From positions 1 through 64,000 of IMG/VR virus record IMGVR_UViG_3300027782_000030: DNA of 64,000 nucleotides; one strand, 5' to 3'. This DNA is from a virus (lineage: Duplodnaviria; Caudoviricetes). Below are positions 44,065 through 53,678 of this stretch, piece after piece. The first letter of the stretch is position 1. Every line of letters begins with the position of its first letter. The notes below the pieces were generated by a model that was not told where the DNA came from, ran no database searches, and saw nothing but the letters and a program-made list of their open reading frames with translations. Position numbers and translations under genes: made by a program.

Positions 44065-45072
44065 TTAACATTTATCTACTAAGTTATCTCTGAAGATGCG
44101 CCAACATTCTTCCCAACTCCAACGTAGGCTAGCTTCTTCTACACGAATACGATCCAATCTTAAACATTGATCTATGGCTGTTTTTAAATCTTCATCCATA
44201 TAGCCTGTAACACCTTGATCTATAACATCTTTAGGTCCAACAACTGGATATGCTGCTACTGGTGTACCACAGGCCATTGCTTCAATCATTACTATACCAA
44301 ATGTATCCCAACGACTGGGGAATACAAATACATCAGCATCGGCATAATATTTGGCTAGTTCTGCCCCACGCTTCACCCCAACGAATTCAACATCAGGGTA
44401 TTCACGCTCCATACGGCGCCGGCATGGGCCATCACCTACTACTATTTTGGTAGCACCGGGATATGCTAACCTACAAAACTCATCTAAATTCTTTTCTTTA
44501 CTAACACGCCCTACGCTTAACAATATGGGTTGTGACTGTTCTGTAGCTGTTCTAGTGCTACTACCAAATATGCTACGATCAACCCCGCGAGTCCAAGGTT
44601 TAATATCAGTTCTAAATCCACGATTGGCTAGATCATCCACCATGCTTTGTGTAGTAGTTAGTACACGACCGCTGTGTTTATGAAACCAGCGTAAATAGCG
44701 ATAACTCCAACTTGTTGGTATGCCCGCAATCTTTTCTAGTGCTTCGGGGAAACGAGTGTGATAACTGGTATTGTAACACCAACCCCAATAGTCCATCCAA
44801 CAACGAGCAGCGAAGCCTACTGGCCCTTCTGTAGCAATGTGTATGTAGTCAGGATTTACTTTTTCAATAATCCTGCCAATCCCCCAAGTCCAACTAAGTT
44901 TGATCTCATTATAACCAGGGCAGGGAATATTATGGAACTGCCTGGGGTCAAGATAAACAAAATCATACCCATCACGCTCAGCCAAAACTTCCAAGTTATG
45001 AAATGTTGTAACAACGCCATTGATTTGTGCAGGTTCATTGTCGGTTATGATTAATACTGTTTTCATTTTCAC
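44065..45072 (-). CDS. agt: GT4 glycosyltransferase, Agt-like (diacylglycerol glycosyltransferase)
   Basis: NGVV.T, HIATEGPVG, TSYHTRFPE, FPSRWDTFGIVMIEAMACGTPV; coupled downstream of plcP-like gene. Confidence 0.75.
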   Translation of the reverse strand: MKMKTVLIITDNEPAQINGVVTTFHNLEVLAERDGYDFVYLDPRQFHNIPCPGYNEIKLSWTWGIGRIIEKVNPDYIHIATEGPVGFAARCWMDYWGWCYNTSYHTRFPEALEKIAGIPTSWSYRYLRWFHKHSGRVLTTTQSMVDDLANRGFRTDIKPWTRGVDRSIFGSSTRTATEQSQPILLSVGRVSKEKNLDEFCRLAYPGATKIVVGDGPCRRRMEREYPDVEFVGVKRGAELAKYYADADVFVFPSRWDTFGIVMIEAMACGTPVAAYPVVGPKDVIDQGVTGYMDEDLKTAIDQCLRLDRIRVEEASLRWSWEECWRIFRDNLVDKC

Positions 45073-45835
45073 GCACCTCTGACCAAGTTATAATTTCCCA
45101 ACGACCATCCCAATGTTCAACTAGTGCGGTACAACTTTCACACCAGTCACCATCGTTCATGTAGATTACGCCGTTGATTTCTTTGATTTCAGCCTTATGT
45201 ATATGCCCACAGATCACACCATCGTAGCCCTTCTTTTTGCAATAACCGGCTAGATTTTGTTCAAATTGAAACATAAAGTCTACCGCTTTTTTGACCCGGT
45301 GCTTAAGGTACAAGCTAAGGCTCCAGTAGCCAAAACCCAAACGATGACGAATCCAATTGAGTTTAGTATTGATATTGAGTACGCAGTCATATGCTTTGTC
45401 TCCTAATATGCTGAGCCAAGGGGCCAGCCTAGTAATACCATCAAATAAATCACCATGAACTACAAGATACCTTTTTCCATCTATACCGGTGTGAATAGCC
45501 TGATTACAGATTTTAATACGACCAAAACTAACACCATATGGTATAAGTGGGCGTAAAAATTCATCATGATTGCCTGCTACATAAACTACCTGTGTTCCGT
45601 GTTTAGCATGTCCTAATACACGGCGAATGACATTGGTATGGCTTTGATGCCACTTTAATGTGTTTTGTTTCATTTTCCACGCATCTATTATGTCACCCAC
45701 TAGATACAGTGTTTCACATGTATTATGTTTAAGAAAGTTGTTTAGATAGTCTGCTTTACAGGCTTTGGTACCGAGATGTACATCACTGATAGAGATTGTA
45801 CGATAAGTTTTTTGCGCCATACTACTATTTAACAA
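45035..45835 (-). CDS. plcP: PlcP-like phospholipase C (LpxH-like metallophosphoesterase)
   Basis: SDVHLG, LVGDIID.W, GNHDEFLR, HGDLFD, YWSLS..LK..VKKAV, CGHIH, GDWCESCTALVE. Confidence 0.8.
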   Translation of the reverse strand: MLNSSMAQKTYRTISISDVHLGTKACKADYLNNFLKHNTCETLYLVGDIIDAWKMKQNTLKWHQSHTNVIRRVLGHAKHGTQVVYVAGNHDEFLRPLIPYGVSFGRIKICNQAIHTGIDGKRYLVVHGDLFDGITRLAPWLSILGDKAYDCVLNINTKLNWIRHRLGFGYWSLSLYLKHRVKKAVDFMFQFEQNLAGYCKKKGYDGVICGHIHKAEIKEINGVIYMNDGDWCESCTALVEHWDGRWEIITWSEVRENENSINHNRQ

Positions 45836-45860
45836 TAGTTATATTACAAACCTATTACAT
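45826..45860 (-). promoter_or_regulatory. Pho-box-like repeat plus TTAAATA
   Basis: ATGTAAT-AGGT-TTGTAAT-N10-TTAAATA. Confidence 0.7.
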
Positions 45861-45887
45861 ATAAAAGCAACAACATAAAGAAATTAA

Positions 45888-46499
45888 TTATGTATGGTAA
45901 GTTACTATTATTTCTTCTTTTTCAAAACTCGGGAATATGAATTCATTATTATGATGCATTCTTTTATTCTTTTCTAAATTTTCAAATCCAATTCCTAACA
46001 TTACTAATGGATTATCTTCTAAATTTAATATTTCTTTTATTACTTGATTATTAAAACAAGAACAAAATCCGGTGTAATACCCTAGAATATGGGATATCAT
46101 ATTTATATATCCAAGAGCGATTCCTATTGAAATATAAGCATCTCTTACATAAGAACTATCGGTAGATTCTCTAATCTGATCAGGATATCTTTTTTTATTA
46201 ATTATTGAATCGCTTGGCGATTTACGTTCAAACACTAATAATAGATTAGCTAAAACTTGAGGATTTGTATAAATGTGACCAAACCCTAAAGTGTTTTCAT
46301 GTATTTTTTCAATAATTTCCCTGTTCGTAATAGCATGAATTTTATAATGTGCAATATTTTGTTTACTTGGACATTGGGTAGCAGCCGTTATAATTACATC
46401 TAAATCTTCTTTTGAAATTTCTTTAGATAGATTCCAATTCCTCTGACAATGCTGGCTTCGATTAATAATATTCTTAAGTTCAGGTTGATCTAATATCAT
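45888..46499 (-). CDS. Nitroreductase-family protein
   Basis: RSQHCQRNW, ATQCPSKQN, GYYTGFC motifs. Confidence 0.75.
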   Translation of the reverse strand: MILDQPELKNIINRSQHCQRNWNLSKEISKEDLDVIITAATQCPSKQNIAHYKIHAITNREIIEKIHENTLGFGHIYTNPQVLANLLLVFERKSPSDSIINKKRYPDQIRESTDSSYVRDAYISIGIALGYINMISHILGYYTGFCSCFNNQVIKEILNLEDNPLVMLGIGFENLEKNKRMHHNNEFIFPSFEKEEIIVTYHT

Positions 46500-46538
46500 T
46501 TACTCATTCTCTTAATCCTAAGTATTTATTCTAACCAT

Positions 46539-46562
46539 AAAAAAAGAGCCTCACGGCCCTTT
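46539..46562 (-). terminator. Intrinsic terminator
   Basis: AAAGGGCC-GTGA-GGCTCTTTTTTT. Confidence 0.8.
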
Positions 46563-46645
46563 AGTGCTGGTTACGAGCTTCCAGCGATCCCTCTATCATG
46601 GGTCCGTTTTAAACAACCTTTTAATCCATATTCTTAATCTAAGTA

Positions 46646-47287
46646 TTACTTTCCCAATAAACTGTCGACCTTTGCTTCAACTGCATCTAACCGATGTTCA
46701 ATTTCATCTAGTGCAGGATCTGCTGGAGCGGAAACTGCTTCAAATATTTGTTGATGGACTTCAGAATTAACTGCTTCTCCTGTTGCTGTTGAAACAATAT
46801 GAGCTACCGCAGCGGCAATTTCTTCTGTACCTGCAGTTGGTGCAGGCATTTCAGCAACTGCTGCTGTAATAGCGGCTGTAATTGCTTCAGGGTCTGTGAC
46901 AACTTCAGGCTCTGCTGTAACAACTGCTAGTACCGCTGCTTTTACAATATCAGCAACTTCAGGGTTAACAATTGCATCTGCTTCGTGTTGAGCAGCTACT
47001 ACATCGCCAACAATGCCTGCGGCTTCTGCATGGTCAGCACTTGGTGAAAGTGCTAGTACATCTTCAACAGAAACTGGTGCTTCATCAGCTACGGAATAAA
47101 CAATGGCGTCAATATGGCTCTCAGTTTTTTCAGCGATCAAATGATCAACTTGAACTTCAACAACTGACAATCTGGTGTCTAGTTCTTCAATGCTTGTGGC
47201 ATAATCTGTGTTAACTTCTGTGCCAGTTAGTGTTGCTAACTTAGCTTCTACTGCTACTAATCTTGCGGCTAAATCTTGTAATCTCAT
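46646..47287 (-). CDS. Acidic Ala/Glu-rich protein with RL.(A/V)VE coiled-coil motifs
   Basis: AAGGAG RBS before MRLQDL; three related heptad motifs. Confidence 0.7.
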   Translation of the reverse strand: MRLQDLAARLVAVEAKLATLTGTEVNTDYATSIEELDTRLSVVEVQVDHLIAEKTESHIDAIVYSVADEAPVSVEDVLALSPSADHAEAAGIVGDVVAAQHEADAIVNPEVADIVKAAVLAVVTAEPEVVTDPEAITAAITAAVAEMPAPTAGTEEIAAAVAHIVSTATGEAVNSEVHQQIFEAVSAPADPALDEIEHRLDAVEAKVDSLLGK

Positions 47288-47333
47288 GGGTTGCTCCTTT
47301 AGGTTAGGTGAGTGAATCATGTCCACTCACCCT

Positions 47334-47368
47334 TATTTAACTGCTACTATATTAAAGTAATATTACAA
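47334..47368 (-). promoter_or_regulatory. Pho-box-like repeat plus TTAAATA
   Basis: TTGTAAT-ATTA-CTTTAAT-N10-TTAAATA. Confidence 0.6.
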
Positions 47369-47372
47369 AATA

Positions 47373-48947
47373 TCAGAAACTCAATAATAGTAGCTGTCCA
47401 CCTTCAACCAGTTCAGCAGCATTAGTACCAGTGGCTAGTTTATGATTTTGATCAACCAACAAGAAGTAACGCTTGCCATCTGTACGACCTAAGATACTAG
47501 TGATTTCAATGATACCGCTGGTTTCTTCGTCATTGGTCTCAGTTCCAACAACACCTGTGTAATAATCACCAAACAGCTTCTCATCATGTTGAGCAAGTAG
47601 TGTCAATGCCTTAGTAACAGGATTGTATTTCCAAATCTTACCATTGTGATTGTTACCACCAACATCCTCTTGTAGAATGATTGTGCCATCGCTAGCAACA
47701 GTCATGTTGTCAAACATCTGTGTTCCATGAATACGGCCGGCAACTGTAACAGTTTCAGTACCATCGAGCACCATTTCAAGGATGCCACCCGATTCAGGAC
47801 GGGTTAAATCAGTAAATGTCATGCTCCAAAGGCGTGTGCGACCAACTTGAGCAGTATTAGTAATACTGGTATTGATCTTGCCCCCGGTGTTGTCTTTAGC
47901 AGCATCTACTGTGTTGGTTGTTACAAAGTAGTAGCGGTTCTTGTTAACTGTATCCCAAGCACCATCTTCTGGACGCAAGAAACTTGTACCAGCAACACCA
48001 GTTACTGGGACATTAGGAACAAAACTAAATGTAGCAGTCTTATTGACCAGTCCTAGTCCAGCATCAACAGCGGTAGTTTCATTAGCAGCAACACCGCCAA
48101 CATTGACCACAGCACGATATAGCGTACCATTAGTTAGACCTGCTTTATCAACTTCAGTAGCACCAGTCTTGTTTTTAGTGCCAACATACATATAAACACC
48201 ATTGCTGCCACTGTCGCTATTGGCCATAACAATGGTCTTGTCACCGCTGTTGGGATGTGCGATTAGATTTTCCCAGCCTACACCAAATGTGGTAAATCCA
48301 CCAAAGTGTGGGAGAATGTATGCTTTGCCTTTGTCTGCTCCGCTGGCCACGATAGCAAGACCGCGTCCCATTGTAACAGTACCGTTAGCGGTTTCTTCAC
48401 CAGTCATAAACATTTTAACCGAAGAACCATTGCCTGTTGCTGAGTTGAAGAAAGCGCCGGCTGCTGGTAGATCGGCTGAACAGAAACGCTGAAATGCTAC
48501 AGCAGTTTGCTCGGCCCAAGCACCATTGACCTGTGCATAAACTTTTTTCATTAGGTCACTACCGCTCTTGACCTGTAGAGTAGTTTTATCAATAACCCAC
48601 TCACTAACAAAAGCACCAATACCACCATGAGCACGGGCAATACCAACAGTGTTGGCCAGTTCATGAGCCATTAGCACGGTGAATGTGTTGTCACCATTAT
48701 CATAAGCACCCAGTCCATCTGGAATACCCACCATGCGATAAGTGCCAACAGCGTCACCAACGGTTAAGATACTGGCAACTTTAACGCTGCTGTCAATTGG
48801 AACAATGTAGGGATCTACTGAACTGCTAACTGCTTTGCCTGATGTAAAACCAGTAACTTCTTTAGGTGCTGCTACAGTGGTGTCATCGCTACCACATGCT
48901 GTTAATAGAGCCGTTGCTACGGCTACTGCTAGAACGGTATATTTCAT
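47373..48947 (-). CDS. phoX: PhoX/DUF839-family alkaline phosphatase lipoprotein
   Basis: Lipobox LTAC; RFCS, GEE, RPEDG, DNMTV...QED motifs; directly after pstS. Confidence 0.72.
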   Translation of the reverse strand: MKYTVLAVAVATALLTACGSDDTTVAAPKEVTGFTSGKAVSSSVDPYIVPIDSSVKVASILTVGDAVGTYRMVGIPDGLGAYDNGDNTFTVLMAHELANTVGIARAHGGIGAFVSEWVIDKTTLQVKSGSDLMKKVYAQVNGAWAEQTAVAFQRFCSADLPAAGAFFNSATGNGSSVKMFMTGEETANGTVTMGRGLAIVASGADKGKAYILPHFGGFTTFGVGWENLIAHPNSGDKTIVMANSDSGSNGVYMYVGTKNKTGATEVDKAGLTNGTLYRAVVNVGGVAANETTAVDAGLGLVNKTATFSFVPNVPVTGVAGTSFLRPEDGAWDTVNKNRYYFVTTNTVDAAKDNTGGKINTSITNTAQVGRTRLWSMTFTDLTRPESGGILEMVLDGTETVTVAGRIHGTQMFDNMTVASDGTIILQEDVGGNNHNGKIWKYNPVTKALTLLAQHDEKLFGDYYTGVVGTETNDEETSGIIEITSILGRTDGKRYFLLVDQNHKLATGTNAAELVEGGQLLLLSF

Positions 48948-48972
48948 TTTAAAACTCCTTTTGTATGTTTGT

Positions 48973-49953
48973 TTATTTGACTAACTTTGCCCAATCGGCA
49001 CGAACTTGATCCTTAACCTTTTGGGGTAATGGAACATAATCTAGGTCTGTAGCGTCCTTGTCACCCTTTGTATAGACCCAATCAAAAAATTTGGTAACTT
49101 GTTTTGTTCGCTCTCCAGTAGGATATATGAGAATAAATGTAGCGGCAGTAATAGGCCATCCATCTAAATCATTGAGATTAACTGCCATGTTGGGCACTGA
49201 CCAGTCAGCAGTCTTGGCACTTTCAGCAAATGTTAAGTCATCTGGTTGAACTACAGCACCTTTGCGGTTCTTCATGGCCACATGAGTTAGTTTGCTCTGT
49301 TTAGCAAATGCGTACTCAACATAACCAATTGATCCTGCTAGTTGTTGAACGTTAGCAGCAACACCAGCATTACCTTTACCTGCTGAAAGACTTGTTGGCT
49401 TCCAAGTAACAGTTTTACCTGTACCAGTACCTGTTTTGAACTCAGGACTTACTTTACTCAAGTAATCAGTAAACACAGCAGTTGTACCTGATCCATCAGC
49501 ACGAACCACTACATTGATAGCAGCATCAGGAAGTGCTAGACCTGGGTTAAGTTTAACAATAGCAGCATCGTTCCACTTGCTGATTTTACCTTGATAAATG
49601 TCAGCTAGTGTCTTGCCATCAAGAATCATTTTACCTGGCTCAATACCTTTGATATTGATTACAGCAACAACTCCACCGATAACTGATGGGAATTGATATA
49701 GTCCAACTTCTTTTAATTTAGTATCTGGTGTAGGATCATCACTAGCACCAAAGTCTACGGTTTTAGCAATGATTTGAGCGACACCGCCACCACTTCCGAT
49801 TGGATTGTAGTTAACAGTAGTACCAGTTTCTTTGTTGTAGGCTGCTGCCCATTTTGAATAAATAGGAGCCGGGAAAGTTGCCCCGGCTCCAGTAATCTGT
49901 GCTTGTGCAGCAAATGCGGCTGCGGCTAATAGAATTCCAACAATTTTTTTCAT
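48973..49953 (-). CDS. pstS: Phosphate ABC transporter substrate-binding protein
   Basis: GAGATFPAPIY.KW, GSGGG, DFGASD, RADGSGTT, IGYVEY. Confidence 0.96.
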   Translation of the reverse strand: MKKIVGILLAAAAFAAQAQITGAGATFPAPIYSKWAAAYNKETGTTVNYNPIGSGGGVAQIIAKTVDFGASDDPTPDTKLKEVGLYQFPSVIGGVVAVINIKGIEPGKMILDGKTLADIYQGKISKWNDAAIVKLNPGLALPDAAINVVVRADGSGTTAVFTDYLSKVSPEFKTGTGTGKTVTWKPTSLSAGKGNAGVAANVQQLAGSIGYVEYAFAKQSKLTHVAMKNRKGAVVQPDDLTFAESAKTADWSVPNMAVNLNDLDGWPITAATFILIYPTGERTKQVTKFFDWVYTKGDKDATDLDYVPLPQKVKDQVRADWAKLVK

Positions 49954-49990
49954 CTAATTTCCTTTATAGTATTGTGCATTTGCACAATAC

Positions 49991-50025
49991 TATTTAAACA
50001 TATTAATGTTACAGGAATATTACAA
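49991..50025 (-). promoter_or_regulatory. Pho-box-like repeat plus TTAAATA
   Basis: TTGTAAT-ATTC-CTGTAAC-N10-TTAAATA, followed by a 13-bp hairpin (49966-49993). Confidence 0.75.
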
Positions 50026-50061
50026 GGCGCCCAAAATAGGTAATATTTTTAGAAAATTAAA

Positions 50062-50442
50062 TTAGACAGATTGTTTTGATTTATAATCTTCAATAGCCGA
50101 CTTGATTGCGTCTTCTGCTAAGATTGAGCAGTGGATTTTGACTGGCGGGAGGGCGAGTTCTTCTGCAATCTGTGTGTTTCTAATTGTTGCTGCCTCGTCG
50201 AGGGTTTTGCCTTTAACCCACTCTGTGACAAGACTTGAGCTAGCAATCGCTGACCCGCACCCATACGTTTTAAATCTAGCATCTTCTATTACTCCATTTT
50301 CATTTACTTTAATTTGAAGTTTCATCACATCACCGCATGCTGGGGCTCCGACTAGTCCAGTACCTATTGTATTGTCAATTTCAAATTTTCCAACATTGCG
50401 TGGGTTTTCATAATGCGATAATACTTGTGGTGAATAAGCCAT
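50062..50442 (-). CDS. iscU: Fe-S cluster scaffold
   Basis: HYENPRNVG, APACGDVMKL, GCGSAIAS, LPPVKIHCSILAEDA. Confidence 0.97.
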   Translation of the reverse strand: MAYSPQVLSHYENPRNVGKFEIDNTIGTGLVGAPACGDVMKLQIKVNENGVIEDARFKTYGCGSAIASSSLVTEWVKGKTLDEAATIRNTQIAEELALPPVKIHCSILAEDAIKSAIEDYKSKQSV

Positions 50443-50463
50443 TGAAGTTCTCCTTTGTTGTAT

Positions 50464-50991
50464 TTAGTCATTAGTGGGAGATTCAAAAACTAACCACCCC
50501 AATTTAAATAAGTCATCTTTAATTTCTTCCGTGATTACACTTTCACTAACATAGCCCTTCATACCATCTTCGTCACCATTACCGAGACCACTGCCCATAC
50601 CAGAACAATACCAATCCATGTAGTCACCTTGTTCTCTGATATCCGCTACGATGCCACCGGCATATCTCCAAGAACAACTCCATGTTTTTTCTTCAAGAAT
50701 CGGCCATACTTCATTTTTTATAAACTGATTATTACATAGTGCGGCATAAAGAGTCTGAGCATACCTATCATCTTTACATTTTTCTGCCATCCAATCGGAA
50801 GTCAACAAATCATATTCCATATTGTTTTCTTGCCATGCAGCACTGCGCTCATTAATCAATCGTTCACCTATCATCTTTTCCCAAAAATTTAAGTAGTCTT
50901 GGTTAGGTTCTTGATCCTTTTCTTTACATCTTTCTATGTAACTTTGACGCTGAAAGGTGTACTTATCAGGACTAGAACGAAGTTTAGACAT
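50464..50991 (-). CDS. Hypothetical phage protein
   Basis: 175-aa ORF in operon. Confidence 0.7.
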   Translation of the reverse strand: MSKLRSSPDKYTFQRQSYIERCKEKDQEPNQDYLNFWEKMIGERLINERSAAWQENNMEYDLLTSDWMAEKCKDDRYAQTLYAALCNNQFIKNEVWPILEEKTWSCSWRYAGGIVADIREQGDYMDWYCSGMGSGLGNGDEDGMKGYVSESVITEEIKDDLFKLGWLVFESPTND

Positions 50992-51306
50992 TTACTTAAA
51001 ATAGATAAGCACCAGTGCCATTGCTTGAAGCATAAATCCTACGCCAATAGTAGCGATATTAAGCAAGTCTTTAAGCAAAATTGCACGGAAAAATAACAAA
51101 CATAGTGCAGACCACAACATCAATACAACATCTACATTAGGGGCTTTGTCAGTTAACCCTGTCATCAGTGCTAACAAAGATGGCAGAGTAGCCGCATGAA
51201 GCGCAATATTTGCTAGCCAACCTAAAGTATCCGCAGAAATTTTGTGTAGTTTAGTGGTAAAAAATTCAATTAAAGATGTATAAAGGTCTACTAACTTAGT
51301 CATCAT
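50992..51306 (-). CDS. Membrane protein
   Basis: Three hydrophobic helices. Confidence 0.65.
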   Translation of the reverse strand: MMTKLVDLYTSLIEFFTTKLHKISADTLGWLANIALHAATLPSLLALMTGLTDKAPNVDVVLMLWSALCLLFFRAILLKDLLNIATIGVGFMLQAMALVLIYFK

Positions 51307-51851
51307 GCTTTGTCCTTGTAAAAAATATGATTGCCGATTTTGTTAATTTTTTGGTATGGCCAAGCTGGGTTTACATACACAGCATGATAATACAGTGCAT
51401 CGTGCAAACTGTCAAGTCTAAATCCTTCTAACAACACTTTTTTGGCTACCGCATAACTTTCTTTATATGCTTCGTCTGTGGGCTTATTTTTATTCTTGCC
51501 TATACAATACCAACTAAATTGGCATACTACCTTTTCCATGATGATGTTCTTTTGGTAAACTACAGCACATACATCTTTGGGAAATCTAGGATCATCTACA
51601 CGATTAAGGGTTACTTGAGCAACTGCTACTTTACCCTCAAACGACTCTTGCGCCGCTTCTTTATAAATATTCATAGCCAAACAATCTAGTGTTCTGTCTA
51701 CATTTTTTGCGGATACATATGACCGAGGTTTTTCTAAAGCCACTTCTTGAACAGAGCCAAACTTAAAAGCGGTTACTGCGTTAATAACTACTGCAAGTAA
51801 TAAAATACCAAAAATACTATTAATCATTCTGATTGAAAATGCCATTTTCAA
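51303..51851 (-). CDS. SleB-like cell wall hydrolase
   Basis: CLAMNIYKEA, AVAQVTLNRV, QFSW, YYHA, IGNHIFY. Confidence 0.9.
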   Translation of the reverse strand: MKMAFSIRMINSIFGILLLAVVINAVTAFKFGSVQEVALEKPRSYVSAKNVDRTLDCLAMNIYKEAAQESFEGKVAVAQVTLNRVDDPRFPKDVCAVVYQKNIIMEKVVCQFSWYCIGKNKNKPTDEAYKESYAVAKKVLLEGFRLDSLHDALYYHAVYVNPAWPYQKINKIGNHIFYKDKA

Positions 51852-51924
51852 CTCCTTTTAGTAAAAGTAACTCGTCGGATGAGTATATCATCCTTTCCAA
51901 TTCCACTCAATAGAAACGGGTTAC

Positions 51925-53676
51925 TTAATTTATCCAACAGTCACAATTGCACTTGATGACTTCTTCAATTGCATCTGCTACATTGTAAACTGATGGCGAC
52001 AAAACTGCTGCGGTCAGAGCCGCATTTAGATTTGGTGGAATAAGGTTGCTCACCGGTGATCCGGCTAAACTACCTGGGAACGCAGGTCCTCCTATATCTA
52101 ATGGAGTACCTTGTGAATTTGGACCTCCTGCTATAACAGCAATAGGTTCTAACCCAGCTGATCCAGCTTCTAAAATTGCAGAAACTAAACCTGATCTGGG
52201 GTTAACTGATGGTTTGGAAATACCACCTGCAATAGGACTAGTAGCCGATATGATAGGTTGAGCGGGCCCTGTTCCATTTTTAGCAGGTCCTAATAAATTT
52301 TTATTATTAGGATTATTTCGTGCTGTATTTAAAATTTGTTTAATAGGTGATATAGGCTGAGTTGTTGCTAACTTAAATTGAGTAGTATTAGGGTCATAAT
52401 ACCCAATTGGCTGAGCAACAGAATTGCTAGGTAAAGTAAAGGTAGTATTTGGGTTATCAAAGTCTCCGTTAATACCTGTAACTGTAATTCCCTCTATGCC
52501 TGTAGGTAGTGTGCCATTAGAAATCAAAATTTCTATTTCTTGTTGATCCAATTCACCTGGTATATTATTGTCTAACTCTATACCGATCTCTTGTAATCTA
52601 GCACCATTTCTTTCTTGTCGCATCATTGCTACGATGCTTTGACCACCAACTGTAGTTAAATCACTAATAGCCTCTAGCGTTTGAGCATACATATGAGGTA
52701 GAGTGCTTTTTGCAATAGTAGGTATTGAGTCAACAAATACATATAGAGAAGTTGGATACAAGTTTAGCCAAATATCTCTTGTAGGGCTAGGAACTGGAGC
52801 TATACCTGTGTACCTAGTTCTTTGTTCTATAGTAAGTTGCGTACCAAATGCATCATATATCGTGTTTAAATCTACACTGAGTATAGGATTAACTGTCCGT
52901 ATAACTGCTATCTCTGCATTAGCAGCATCAATATAGTATTGTACCGCTGTATTCATTCCTGGCCATCCTGCACTACCATAAGTAGTTGGAGGATTGGCTA
53001 CTGTTCCTGTAGGTACTATCACCGTAACTGGCCCTGCTGAAGTTAGCGCAACTGAAAGTATTCTACCATAAGTAGATAAATCATTAGGATCAGTGCCGAT
53101 AGTAGTACTACCCGTCCCGCCGTTACTTAAAGTAATGCTAGGCGCAGCAGCACCTTCTCTACCATACCCGCCACCTGAATCAGTTAATGTTATTCCTGTA
53201 ACAGTATAGTTTCCAAACCCATCATCAGTATATTGAACAGAAACAGTACCAACTTCCCATATAACTGCTAGATATAAATTTTGATATATGTTTACTAATG
53301 TAGTTGTTTGTAGCGACTGAATACTTGATTGAATGTCAGTCCAAGCATATGGTAAACCACTCATACAACCTAAAAAATCACTCATGGTATAGGTGCCATA
53401 TGGACCGCTCCCCAAAGCAATACGATCATATGCTGCTGAAGCTAAATTAGTACTAGTTGGCACATCTGTACCATTAACTTGATCTAATCCTTTAGTTGTT
53501 TCAATGTTAAAAACTACTTGAGAAAATTTCTCAAAGTCAACGTTGCGGATATTTCTAATCTGCTGCATAGTAGCAGAGAAGGCTCCTGCTGTAACCGCTA
53601 TTTCATCAGGTAGTATCCCTGATAAATATGAACCAAAGCCTTCTTTTGCTACTTGAAAATTTAATGTATCTGCCAT
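51925..53676 (-). CDS. Probable baseplate/tail structural protein
   Basis: 583 aa; operon downstream of PAAR. Confidence 0.55.
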   Translation of the reverse strand: MADTLNFQVAKEGFGSYLSGILPDEIAVTAGAFSATMQQIRNIRNVDFEKFSQVVFNIETTKGLDQVNGTDVPTSTNLASAAYDRIALGSGPYGTYTMSDFLGCMSGLPYAWTDIQSSIQSLQTTTLVNIYQNLYLAVIWEVGTVSVQYTDDGFGNYTVTGITLTDSGGGYGREGAAAPSITLSNGGTGSTTIGTDPNDLSTYGRILSVALTSAGPVTVIVPTGTVANPPTTYGSAGWPGMNTAVQYYIDAANAEIAVIRTVNPILSVDLNTIYDAFGTQLTIEQRTRYTGIAPVPSPTRDIWLNLYPTSLYVFVDSIPTIAKSTLPHMYAQTLEAISDLTTVGGQSIVAMMRQERNGARLQEIGIELDNNIPGELDQQEIEILISNGTLPTGIEGITVTGINGDFDNPNTTFTLPSNSVAQPIGYYDPNTTQFKLATTQPISPIKQILNTARNNPNNKNLLGPAKNGTGPAQPIISATSPIAGGISKPSVNPRSGLVSAILEAGSAGLEPIAVIAGGPNSQGTPLDIGGPAFPGSLAGSPVSNLIPPNLNAALTAAVLSPSVYNVADAIEEVIKCNCDCWIN

Positions 53677-53678
53677 AA

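Noticed and set aside
45035-45835. Annotation as lipid A enzyme LpxH
   Set aside because: GNHD rather than GNRD, coupling to a GT4 gene and the Pho-box context favour PlcP; not excluded without phylogeny
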